A DNA stretch of 64,000 nucleotides from Candidatus Binatia bacterium. GTDB taxonomy: Bacteria; Desulfobacterota; Binatia; Bin18. A program made the position numbers and the translations under genes. This document shows positions 46,921 through 57,869 of this stretch, in pieces. The stretch is from assembly GCA_963664395.2 (NCBI GenBank), contig OY761159.2:1312001-1376000 (forward strand), written 5' to 3'. Positions within the stretch are counted from its first letter, which is position 1; every line of letters begins with the position of its first letter. Below the pieces are notes generated by a model, which worked only from the letters and a program-made list of their open reading frames with translations, searched no databases and was not told the DNA's origin.

Positions 46921-47754
46921 TCACTTTCCGGGTACTCGGTACATTCGGATCGGATGGGGCGTGCGGTGGAATTCGGGCAGGTCGCGCCAGGGCCGACCGG
47001 CGGTGATACCGCCATCTACGGCTAGAGCCTGACCGGTCACAAAACTCGAATCATCACTGGCCAGCCATAAGGCGGCTTTGGCGATCTCTTCAGGTTCACC
47101 AACCCGACCGAGCGGATGCAGATGGGCCGCGCCTCTGCGCAGACCAGCAACCTGTTTGTCCGTTGGCGACGGCCGGCCTACGGCGAGGGGCGTCACAATC
47201 GCGCCCGGACAGATGCAGTTCGCTCGAATATTGAACTCGCCGAGTTCCAATGCAACCGACTTGGTCAGATGAATCACCCCCGCCTTTGCCACACTATAGA
47301 GGTGGGTCGCCATGCCGGCTTCAACCCCGGCAGCGCTGGAGGTGCTGATAATACTGCCGGATTGCTGTTTCTTCATGACAGGCGCTGCGTGTTTCATGCC
47401 GAGAAATACGCCTTTGAGCAGCACATCAAAAGTCATATCGTAGTCTTCAACGCTGATACTCTCTATCGGTCCCAGCGCGCCACCAAATCCGGCGTTATTA
47501 TAGATACAGTCTAAGCGTCCCCAGCGTTCGACCGCGGCATCAATGGCCGCTTTGACCTCAGACTCCTGGGTCACGTTCACTTGAACAAAAGCGCCTTGGT
47601 CTCCCAGCTCTTCGGCGACTTCCTGGCCCTTGTCTGCCTGCATATCGGCAACCACAACACGCGCCCCTTCTGCGGCGAACAGGCGAGCTGTTGCTGCGCC
47701 AATACCGCTGGCTCCGCCTGTAATCAAAGCGACTTTTCCGTCCAGCTTGCCCAT
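46921..47754 (-). CDS. Classical SDR oxidoreductase
   Basis: TGGASGIG, NNAG, YSVAK, NCICPG. Confidence 0.92.
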   Translation of the reverse strand: MGKLDGKVALITGGASGIGAATARLFAAEGARVVVADMQADKGQEVAEELGDQGAFVQVNVTQESEVKAAIDAAVERWGRLDCIYNNAGFGGALGPIESISVEDYDMTFDVLLKGVFLGMKHAAPVMKKQQSGSIISTSSAAGVEAGMATHLYSVAKAGVIHLTKSVALELGEFNIRANCICPGAIVTPLAVGRPSPTDKQVAGLRRGAAHLHPLGRVGEPEEIAKAALWLASDDSSFVTGQALAVDGGITAGRPWRDLPEFHRTPHPIRMYRVPGK

Positions 47755-47794
47755 CTTCTCCCCCTTATTCTTTGCTCCGCTCTTTGCTCTCTGC

Positions 47795-49210
47795 TCAATG
47801 ACCGGCGTCTGCTTGTGGTCGCTGTTCCGGAGAGAGCGAGAGCACGTAAAAGACCAGGTCCCAAAGGTCATTTGGCTCCAATACCTCTTCGTATGCCGCC
47901 ATAGACGAGCCGTCCATGCCGTTGGCAATACGTCGATAGATATCACCAGGCGTATGGCCACCCCGGAAATTCCATTTGTGGGTTAAATCGCGCGGTTGGA
48001 CAGGATCGCCCTCCGAAGTTTTCAACTCCTGACCCGAGCGCCCATCGCCCCTGCCCTCCACCCCATGACAGCTTGGACAGCCGGAATCCACATACACCGA
48101 CGCGCCGCGGGCAATACGTTTCTGCGTCACTTGGGGTGGAGCGGAAACCGGAGTTGGCGGGGTCCCTGACTCGGGTGCAAACCGCTTTGAGAATTGCTTG
48201 ATGTAAGCGACAACCTCCTGCCGCTCCTGGTCGCTGAGGATAGCCTCAAACGCCGGCATCCCACTCCCGGACAGCCCTTTTGACACGATTCGGAACAGGT
48301 CGGCATCGGTGGGTGGACTCCCGGTGGGTGTGGAACGATAGCGGAATGAGCCATGCACGAAGTCACGCGGTCGTGGAAGCCAATTCAGGGCAAGCGTCCC
48401 CTGCCCGTCACCAGCCACGCCGTGACAGCCACTACACTGGCCGGCGTATATGGCTTTGCCTCGTTCTGGCGTAGCGGGTTGCTCAGCGGCCTCGTCGTGA
48501 GGAACGGCAGGGGATCGATCGTACTCCCGAAAGAATGCGGCAACGGCACAATCAGTCAAAAATGAGGACAAGTCACTCCGCAGTCGGTCTGCCAGATAGA
48601 TCGTCGTTCGATCTTGTCCAAGTGCAATTGAGGCAGACTGTCCGTCTGAGGCAATGCTGAGCAGCCGGGCATTGAGAAGAGGCAACGCCGGGCTTTTGGG
48701 TGCGGTGACGCTTTGAAAAAACTCTTGCCAGGGGCGCAGCGTCTGCGCATCCAGGCCGGACAATCGCTCGGCAAGATCAACGCTGAATATGCCGCCACGA
48801 GAGGAAAAAAATACTGGAAAATCAGTGTCTCGCCAGCGGCGTTCGACGATCATATGTCCAAGGGCCTGTCCGAAAGGGACGACCACATCCTTTTGCCAGG
48901 CAGTGTCTTTGGCCCAGCGGAAGATGATGCCGGGCGGCGCATCTTTTCTCGTTTCCCGGTTCAGTTCTTGGCCCAGTCCAACGAGCTGAAAGGTATAGAT
49001 TTTTTTCGCCTTGGCCCATGCGAGAAACGCCGACCAGCGTGGATTGCCGGGAGTCAAGGTGAAGGTGTCTGACCGGAGAGCCGCGGCCGGATTATAGCTC
49101 GTTCGGATATCGCTACAGGCTGGTGTCTCCGCAGTGGGAGAAGAAAGCAGAGCGGAACAGTGCAAGAGCAATACGAGCGCAACAGAGCACCGACCAACTT
49201 TTCTCAGCAT
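47795..49210 (-). CDS. Exported di-heme c-type cytochrome with uncharacterised N-terminal domain
   Basis: Signal peptide; CSGCH and CPSCH; PRPRDF..YRSTP..MP. Confidence 0.85.
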   Translation of the reverse strand: MLRKVGRCSVALVLLLHCSALLSSPTAETPACSDIRTSYNPAAALRSDTFTLTPGNPRWSAFLAWAKAKKIYTFQLVGLGQELNRETRKDAPPGIIFRWAKDTAWQKDVVVPFGQALGHMIVERRWRDTDFPVFFSSRGGIFSVDLAERLSGLDAQTLRPWQEFFQSVTAPKSPALPLLNARLLSIASDGQSASIALGQDRTTIYLADRLRSDLSSFLTDCAVAAFFREYDRSPAVPHDEAAEQPATPERGKAIYAGQCSGCHGVAGDGQGTLALNWLPRPRDFVHGSFRYRSTPTGSPPTDADLFRIVSKGLSGSGMPAFEAILSDQERQEVVAYIKQFSKRFAPESGTPPTPVSAPPQVTQKRIARGASVYVDSGCPSCHGVEGRGDGRSGQELKTSEGDPVQPRDLTHKWNFRGGHTPGDIYRRIANGMDGSSMAAYEEVLEPNDLWDLVFYVLSLSPEQRPQADAGH

Positions 49211-49239
49211 CGTATTAATTATGCTGCACCGCGGGCAGA

Positions 49240-51012
<1,773 letters not shown>

Positions 51013-51129
51013 ACGATCTCCCTTGTGCTGTTACCTGGCAGGGGACTATTCCGGCCAGGGTTATGATTATGCCCAGAATGCATGCTCGTCTTGTGAGGGG
51101 CGGTAGTATGCCAGAGGGCGTTCGATCGA

Positions 51130-51963
51130 TCAATGCTGAGGGGTAAAGAATGCTTCAAGCTGCCTCACTGCCTGCTGGGGTAGTGCCGCGATCTCTCCGG
51201 CGGCCGTATTTTCCCGGACCCGTTCCAGGCGCGAGGTGGCGGGCAGCAGAATCGCGTCTTCGGATTTTGCCAGGAGGTAGGCGAGCAGCGCCTGCCCCGG
51301 AGTTGTCACCCCATAGGGCTCCAGGAAAGACAGGTCGTGCCGTTGCAGGACACGCAGCAGTTGGGAGCGATTAAAGATGGGGCACAGCGGCGTCATGATT
51401 AAGACACCCATATTACACTGCTGGGCCAAGGGGAGGATGGCATGTTCGGCTTCTCGCTCTCCGACATTGTACGGAATCTGGATCGTATCAAAGATGCCGG
51501 TTTGCATGGCCGCCATCATTTCCGGGAACATGCTGGTTCGATAGTCCGTAATGCCCAGAAACCGAATGCGGCCCGCGGCCTTGTATTCTTCAAGGAGCGG
51601 AGCAACTGTGCGCCAAGCCGCCATATTATGGACCTGCATGAGGTCAATAACTTCGACCTGAAGTTTCTGGAATGATGCTTCGATGCGGCGCTGAGCGGAG
51701 GCGCGATCCGTCGCCAGGACCTTGGTTGCGATAAGCACGGCCTCGCGCCGTCCCCGCAGCGCCCGGCCTAGCACGCTTTCCGCCTCACCATACATGGGCG
51801 CGGTGTCAAACAGATTCACCCCACAAGCCAAGGCTTCGGCCACCAGCCGTCCGACATGCTCGATCGCCCGCTCTCCCTGCACATCGAACGCATTCCACGT
51901 GCCCATGCTCACGGCACTGACGCGCAGGCCGGTTCGACCCAGAGTGCGGTATTGCATCGCCAT
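51130..51963 (-). CDS. Aldo/keto reductase
   Basis: LGRTGLRVS, FDTAPMYG, IATK, QVHN. Confidence 0.9.
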   Translation of the reverse strand: MAMQYRTLGRTGLRVSAVSMGTWNAFDVQGERAIEHVGRLVAEALACGVNLFDTAPMYGEAESVLGRALRGRREAVLIATKVLATDRASAQRRIEASFQKLQVEVIDLMQVHNMAAWRTVAPLLEEYKAAGRIRFLGITDYRTSMFPEMMAAMQTGIFDTIQIPYNVGEREAEHAILPLAQQCNMGVLIMTPLCPIFNRSQLLRVLQRHDLSFLEPYGVTTPGQALLAYLLAKSEDAILLPATSRLERVRENTAAGEIAALPQQAVRQLEAFFTPQH

Positions 51964-51990
51964 CCTCAGTGAAGAGCGCCTGACACCAGT

Positions 51991-54399
51991 CTAATACAAC
52001 ACTTCCGCCGCTTTGAATTGGGCAATCTCCTCGTCCGTATATCCCAGCAGGTCCTTCATCACATACTCAGTATCCTGACCCATGAGTGGAGCGGCGGAAC
52101 GGACGCCGTTTGGCGCGGCGGTGAGCCGCCACGGAATGCCGATATGGGTCTGGACCTCCACCTCGGCATGCGGCAAGCGGGCAAAAAAGCCACGTGCGTT
52201 CAAATGCGGGTCCTCGCTCAGGTCTTTACTATTCATTGACGGAAAGGCCGCCACCCCCACGGCCTGGAGCGTTTCCGTTACCTCCCATTTCGTTCGCTCT
52301 TTGGTCCACTCCGTCAGGAGGCGTTCGAGTTCATCTTCGTTGGCTTTGCGGTCTGCCGCGGTGTGAAAGCGGGCGTCCTGACCGAGCTGGGTGTGGCCGA
52401 TGGCCTGGCACAACGCCTGCCACTCTTCATCCGTCCCGCAGACGATGCTGACCCATTCATCCTGGTCGGCCTCCTGCCCGGCACAGCGGAAGCAGTTATG
52501 CGGAGCCATCCACGCATCCCGATTGCCTCTGCGAGGCGGTTGGGTTGTATTCATGGCGTAGTCCATCCAGCCTTCCGCCAGTAATGCCGCCATGGTTTCC
52601 CATAATGAGGCATCAATATGCTGCCCTTTTCCAGTTCGCTTTCGTGCGGCCACAGCAGCAGTAACGGCCACGGCAGCGTTCAGACCGCCGTTTGGGTCAC
52701 CATACGAAATGCCAACTTCCTGGGGACCGCTCTCGGGATAGCCAGTCAGCGAAGACAGGCCGGTCAAGGGCACGATGGCCGGACCATAGCCCATATAGTT
52801 TTTCTGTGGTCCTGTATGTCCATAGCCGGAAATTGAGGCCATGATCAGATCAGGATGACGTTGTGTGAGCTCCTCATAGCCTATGCCCAGGCGCTCCATC
52901 ACGCCCGTCGCAAAATTTTCCACCACAACATCAGATTTCTCAATCAGAGCTTTCACAATAGGCAGGGCTTCCGGTTTACTCAGGTTGAGCAGGGTACTCT
53001 TTTTGCCCTGATGCCATTGGTTGAAATAGCCCGAACGATTGAGACTCGGCTCCATGCCTGTCGGATAAATGGGGACCCGTCGTCCGAGGTCAGGGCGCAC
53101 GTGAGATTCAACCCGAATGACCTCTGCGCCAAGATGGGCCAGTTGTAAGGCACAGTATGGCCCTGCCCACGCCCAACTGAAATCAATAACACGAAGACCC
53201 TCAAGGGGCAGCGTGTTGTTGGGGGTTGGGGACTGGGGGTTCGGGGTTGGGGGGGCTGATTTGCCCAAAATATCGTCATTATGCTCGCCCAGCAGGGGGG
53301 CCGGGCGGCGAATGGCCCACCAGGGCTCTTTGAGCTGGTAGGGTGGGCCCAGATGGGTCAGTGTCCCGGCCTTCGGGTGGGTCACGTCAACAAAAAAATT
53401 GCGGGCTTTGAGCTGTTCCTGTTGGGCCATGGTTTCCATGGACAATACGGGGGCAAAACAAATCCGGCGCTCCTGGCCGGCCTCGAAGAGGTCCTGGACT
53501 GTCCAGCCCCGCATCCATTCGTCGAGATAGGTCTTGAGCACGTCCCAGTTCTCAGCGCGGACAAAGGGATCTTTGAATATTTCCCAACTCGCCCACTCGG
53601 GATTCCCCATGAGATCAACCAGGCGCTCCCACTGATCCTGCTCCACCGTTACCACAAAGATCAGGCCGTCCTGACACTGATACATGCCCCAGGGATAGAG
53701 CAGGCGTCGACCCAGCCGGGATGCCACCTGCCCCATATAGGAGTAGTAGACAAAGTTTTGTTCCAGGAAGGACGCCACAAACTCCTGAATCGAAAGATCG
53801 ATATGCTCACCCTGGCCGGTTTCGTAGGCTTTGCTATACGCGGCCAGGCTGGTCATGGCCGCAGCCAGCCCGCCCTGAAAGTCGGCTTGGTGGCCGGCCG
53901 CTTTGAGCGGGGGTAAGTCCGGCCAATTTGACGCGCCGGGACTCAGCCAGGCCCAGCCGCCCCCGTGGGCCAAGTTCAATTCATAGGCTCTGTAGTCTTT
54001 ATACGGGCCGGTCAGCCCAAACGGTGTGATTGAGCACATCACCAAGCTGGGATTCACCTGCTGAAACGCCGTATAGGAAATGCCCAGCTCAGCCATGGCA
54101 GGCGGGGCGTAGTTGTGAATGAGCACGTCGGTCTGCGCAATCAGGGCGTGCAGACGTTCAGCGTCCTGGCGGATATCACAGGTAACGCCGCGCTTATTGG
54201 TATTCAAATATAAAAAGAGACCACTCTGTTCCGGGTCGGGCTGCCCCTGAGGAAACGGGCCGCGGGCGCGCGCCAAGTCACCACTCGGTTCTTCGACTTT
54301 GATCACCTCGGCGCCCAAGTCTGCCAGCAACTTTGTGGCATACGCCGCAGATACCATATTGCCGAGTTCTAATACACGAACGCCTTCCAAGCCGTGCAT
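51991..54399 (-). CDS. Tandem two-domain CaiB/BaiF family III CoA-transferase
   Basis: Two LEG[VL]RV..LGAEVI[KR]VE repeats; second domain has GPY, ENF, SISGYG. Confidence 0.92.
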   Translation of the reverse strand: MHGLEGVRVLELGNMVSAAYATKLLADLGAEVIKVEEPSGDLARARGPFPQGQPDPEQSGLFLYLNTNKRGVTCDIRQDAERLHALIAQTDVLIHNYAPPAMAELGISYTAFQQVNPSLVMCSITPFGLTGPYKDYRAYELNLAHGGGWAWLSPGASNWPDLPPLKAAGHQADFQGGLAAAMTSLAAYSKAYETGQGEHIDLSIQEFVASFLEQNFVYYSYMGQVASRLGRRLLYPWGMYQCQDGLIFVVTVEQDQWERLVDLMGNPEWASWEIFKDPFVRAENWDVLKTYLDEWMRGWTVQDLFEAGQERRICFAPVLSMETMAQQEQLKARNFFVDVTHPKAGTLTHLGPPYQLKEPWWAIRRPAPLLGEHNDDILGKSAPPTPNPQSPTPNNTLPLEGLRVIDFSWAWAGPYCALQLAHLGAEVIRVESHVRPDLGRRVPIYPTGMEPSLNRSGYFNQWHQGKKSTLLNLSKPEALPIVKALIEKSDVVVENFATGVMERLGIGYEELTQRHPDLIMASISGYGHTGPQKNYMGYGPAIVPLTGLSSLTGYPESGPQEVGISYGDPNGGLNAAVAVTAAVAARKRTGKGQHIDASLWETMAALLAEGWMDYAMNTTQPPRRGNRDAWMAPHNCFRCAGQEADQDEWVSIVCGTDEEWQALCQAIGHTQLGQDARFHTAADRKANEDELERLLTEWTKERTKWEVTETLQAVGVAAFPSMNSKDLSEDPHLNARGFFARLPHAEVEVQTHIGIPWRLTAAPNGVRSAAPLMGQDTEYVMKDLLGYTDEEIAQFKAAEVLY
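53218..53252 (-). repeat. Five heptamer repeats (CCCCAAC-like) in the interdomain linker
   Basis: GTTGGGG GTTGGGG ACTGGGG GTTCGGG GTTGGGG on the + strand; encodes PTPNPQSPTPN. Confidence 0.75.
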
Positions 54400-54507
54400 A
54401 ACGGATCCTCCTTCTGTGAAGAGTAAATGTGTCCTCCAACAGAGACAAAAAGCTGGACACGTTTACTCTGTGTACCGTAGCGGGCCTATCAAGGCGGCAA
54501 CAGCGCG

Positions 54508-56208
54508 TCAACGCGGTCGGCTTCCTGCCGCCCAATTGAGGCGAATATCCCAGGTATAAATTTTGTCTGGCGGGAGTGTCGGGGCGGTTGTGTTATCAAC
54601 CTGCTCGTACACGTTTGCCGGCGGGCGTAGCGTTGCGTCGCGACCGTAGACAAAGTCCTGGTCTTCGACAATGAGCTTATAGGCCTTATTGAGCAATAAG
54701 GCCCGCGCGGGGGATGGGGTAATCAGCTCGTAGACATCCCGTGCCGCGGCAACGGCTGCATAGTTGACCGATCCGTCCGCCCGGTACCAACGCGCCGCCA
54801 TTTCCGCATTATTGCGAAACTCGGTGCCGCCTCCCACGCGTTCGAGATAGGTCAGGATTTCCCCCTGCTGTTCGTTCATATTGGGCGCATCCGGCATGCC
54901 GCGCAGATTGATATAGCCCCAGCCGGCGGCCCCGTCGATTTTGCGCGGGAAGCTATACGTCTTGTCAATCGAAGAGCCGACCGCGTTATGGCAGCCCATG
55001 CAGAACATGGTCTCTTCGTAGGTATTGAAGCGCAGCCGTCCGTCCTTGTCCTCAATAAACCCCTGGAGCAGCCAACCCATTTTATTGTACAGACCCGCAT
55101 GGCCGCGGTCCGGATAATGAGGCAGCGTGCCTTCCAGCTTTTCCTGATATTCCTCGTCGTAGTAATGCGCGAGGATGGTGGGAGACAGGAAATCCCGCTT
55201 CAGCATATAGCGCACTTCTTTCATCCGCCGCGCATTCGTGATGCTCCCGTCCGCGCCGACGCCGACATAGCGCACCGTATGCAGGAATTCCGTCCGGTGG
55301 GGATAGACATACGGTTCAACCCGCGTATCACTCCCTGCTCCCACATAGGTTGTCGGTCGGGTGAGGGCGTGAATGCGCCCGAGTGCGCCGTCCCCGTTCA
55401 GGTCCTGGCCGAGTTGAGTCTCATCAATGGGCAGGCTGCCAATGGTCTCAAAGCCCTTAATCGCGGCTTCGAGAATCGCCAGATTGGCTTTATACACTTC
55501 GCGCGAATAGACCCCGTCCTGTGTGTGTCGAAACTTGGCCGGCAACCGGAGCAGCACATCATCGGTAGATCCATTGGTCGGCCAAAACGTGCTCGGAAAG
55601 GGTTTATAGGCAAAGGCCACCCAGTGGCTGCCATCTTTGGCAAAGCCCTGCTCATCAAAGGCGGCCGCCCCAGCGGCCAGGTTGTGAAGCCGGGGAATAT
55701 AGCCCCGAAATTGCACCGCCTCCAATCGGCCGGCCAGTTCGGAAAAATTATCGTGGTTAATCCACGCCTGTATGGCAGCGTCACTCATGGCGGCGACCCG
55801 CTCACTACGGTCTTCAAACAGATTCCGCCAGCGATTGGTTTGCCCGGCCTGACTAAAACTGTACGCCCGCTGTAAGCGGGCATCGTTCATCCGATTTTCA
55901 CGGCCCGGGATATGATCTTGATGACAGACGTAGCACGGATTAAAGCGGCCCTCGGTCCGGGTATAGCATTGCGGAGGGATCACCGCTTCGGGGTTATAGA
56001 CGCCGACCAGGCCCGGTCCGGGAGAGCGGGGCGGCAACACCTCAGTCCAGCCTCTCAGCAGGGCAACCTTTTGAACTGAAGTGATTGGATGGGTTGTCGA
56101 ACGAGGTGGGCGCGTCCTGTCCGCTGTGTGCTGAACAGGCGCGTCTGCCCGTACCTCCGGAAAAACACTAAGAACACTCAATGTAATAAGACTGAGGAGG
56201 AGTTTCAT
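54508..56208 (-). CDS. Uncharacterised exported di-heme c protein
   Basis: Signal peptide; NPCYVCH and FCMGCH; ATGA-coupled to the PhoX-like gene. Confidence 0.75.
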   Translation of the reverse strand: MKLLLSLITLSVLSVFPEVRADAPVQHTADRTRPPRSTTHPITSVQKVALLRGWTEVLPPRSPGPGLVGVYNPEAVIPPQCYTRTEGRFNPCYVCHQDHIPGRENRMNDARLQRAYSFSQAGQTNRWRNLFEDRSERVAAMSDAAIQAWINHDNFSELAGRLEAVQFRGYIPRLHNLAAGAAAFDEQGFAKDGSHWVAFAYKPFPSTFWPTNGSTDDVLLRLPAKFRHTQDGVYSREVYKANLAILEAAIKGFETIGSLPIDETQLGQDLNGDGALGRIHALTRPTTYVGAGSDTRVEPYVYPHRTEFLHTVRYVGVGADGSITNARRMKEVRYMLKRDFLSPTILAHYYDEEYQEKLEGTLPHYPDRGHAGLYNKMGWLLQGFIEDKDGRLRFNTYEETMFCMGCHNAVGSSIDKTYSFPRKIDGAAGWGYINLRGMPDAPNMNEQQGEILTYLERVGGGTEFRNNAEMAARWYRADGSVNYAAVAAARDVYELITPSPARALLLNKAYKLIVEDQDFVYGRDATLRPPANVYEQVDNTTAPTLPPDKIYTWDIRLNWAAGSRPR

Positions 56209-57818
56209 TGAATTTTATTTTTTGATCCAAAACCGAAATATCGATAGGACTGCCTTTCGAGACGGTACGCCGTCCGTGCGCCAAAATCATACTTCAGCGG
56301 TCTGACCCGAAAACCCGACAGCCGAATGAGGTCATCGGTCCGAAAATCATCCACCAACGGCATATTGCCGTCGGCACTATGCTGGATAGCAAAATACGCT
56401 TGGGTCCCGTCTGGCGTAAAAAGAAAACCGGTTGACTCGGCAGACCCATCGGCAATTTTGAACAGTCGCACACAGCCGTCAGACTTGATATCGTCGTCCG
56501 CGCCGTCCGGCAGACACGCCCACACATCACTATTCCCCCGGCTCGTCCCATTGTCTTCGATGACAAACAGCACCCCCGTTGTCGGCTGAAAGGCAAGGTT
56601 ATCCGGCTGACTGAACTCGGGGTTGCCTTCAACGAAACGGTTCAGCACGATCTCCCCCGTTGTCCCGGTTGCCACGGTCACATCCTGATCAATCGCGCAT
56701 TGCACCTCGCCGTAGTTGCCCCCGGCATGGTTGCCGGTGACGGCGAAGCAGAAGCGAATGGCATCCGGCTGGTCGGGGTCGCTGAACAGCGGATCACGGT
56801 GGAGGTCCTCAGGACGGTAATAGGCCGTTGCCCCAGCCGCATTGGCGGCCTCGCGGCCAATGCGGGGTGCACCCGCATCAACAGACGCTGCCGTTGGCGT
56901 CAGTGGAATCCAGGCTCCGTTTCCAATCTCGCAACCTTGGCCGAACTGCTGTCGGTCATCCCGACACGACACTTGCAGCGCATAGGTTGTCCCTTCGATA
57001 AATGGAGAGTGATCGAGTGACGGGATGTTCCCCGTGCCGGGGTCGTACAGGTTGGCAGGGATGAATTTATACACTGCGCCGCCATCGGTATCGCCCCGCC
57101 CATAGCTCCCAGGCCGCTCTTCATCGCCCGCAATCACAACCCCTGTTTCATGCACCAGAAAGCCTTCGTACCGGATCACAGGAAAGGCGGTGCGCTTGAT
57201 AATGCGATCCGAAGCGTCTCGTCCGGCCTGATCTACGATCCGGGCCGGAGCGCCGCCCTTGCCTCGCGCAAGGATGGTGAACTCGTCAGCCGTCAGAGGG
57301 TCAAGGATTTCATACACGGACCCCGCGTCGCTGACGAAGTCTTCTTCGGTTGCGATCACCGTGCCCCACGGCGTGGTCCGAATCCCATCGCAAATCGTCA
57401 TCCCGCGTACGAGGGTTGTGACGGCCCGTGTTTGCAGGTCAACGACTTGGACGCCCGGTGTCAGCTTATCCCCAACGGCAAAGGACGCACCGCATGAACC
57501 GCTCAGGCAGCCGAGGACTTCTTCAATACAGCCGATCAAGTGGGTTGGGTGAGCAGCAGCGTGCGGCCAGAAAGCCATCTGATCCCAGTCCTGTCCGACT
57601 TCACGCGAAAAGTATTCTGCCTGAATACCTTTCCGCAGAAAAAGAAACTGCTCCTCCACGGTTTGGGTTGGCGTACGGAAATCGGGTTCTTCTTGACTTG
57701 CTGCTTGTAGCGTACACGTCAGGACAAGAGCCGCTGTCGTGAAGAGTGAACGTGTCAACAGCTTGAGAGTAGTGGAGGACACGTTCACTCTTTTGATTAC
57801 ACGCGTGAGACCAAACAT
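56205..57818 (-). CDS. phoX: PhoX/DUF839-family alkaline phosphatase-like protein
   Basis: CDGIRTTPWGT..TEE, RYEG, RPED, PDN, IED, ESTG..F.PDG..IQH. Confidence 0.8.
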   Translation of the reverse strand: MFGLTRVIKRVNVSSTTLKLLTRSLFTTAALVLTCTLQAASQEEPDFRTPTQTVEEQFLFLRKGIQAEYFSREVGQDWDQMAFWPHAAAHPTHLIGCIEEVLGCLSGSCGASFAVGDKLTPGVQVVDLQTRAVTTLVRGMTICDGIRTTPWGTVIATEEDFVSDAGSVYEILDPLTADEFTILARGKGGAPARIVDQAGRDASDRIIKRTAFPVIRYEGFLVHETGVVIAGDEERPGSYGRGDTDGGAVYKFIPANLYDPGTGNIPSLDHSPFIEGTTYALQVSCRDDRQQFGQGCEIGNGAWIPLTPTAASVDAGAPRIGREAANAAGATAYYRPEDLHRDPLFSDPDQPDAIRFCFAVTGNHAGGNYGEVQCAIDQDVTVATGTTGEIVLNRFVEGNPEFSQPDNLAFQPTTGVLFVIEDNGTSRGNSDVWACLPDGADDDIKSDGCVRLFKIADGSAESTGFLFTPDGTQAYFAIQHSADGNMPLVDDFRTDDLIRLSGFRVRPLKYDFGARTAYRLERQSYRYFGFGSKNKIQ

Positions 57819-57869
57819 CCAGACTCCTCCTCAAGAAAATATGTATAAGGCGGGCAGACAGGTAGTCGC

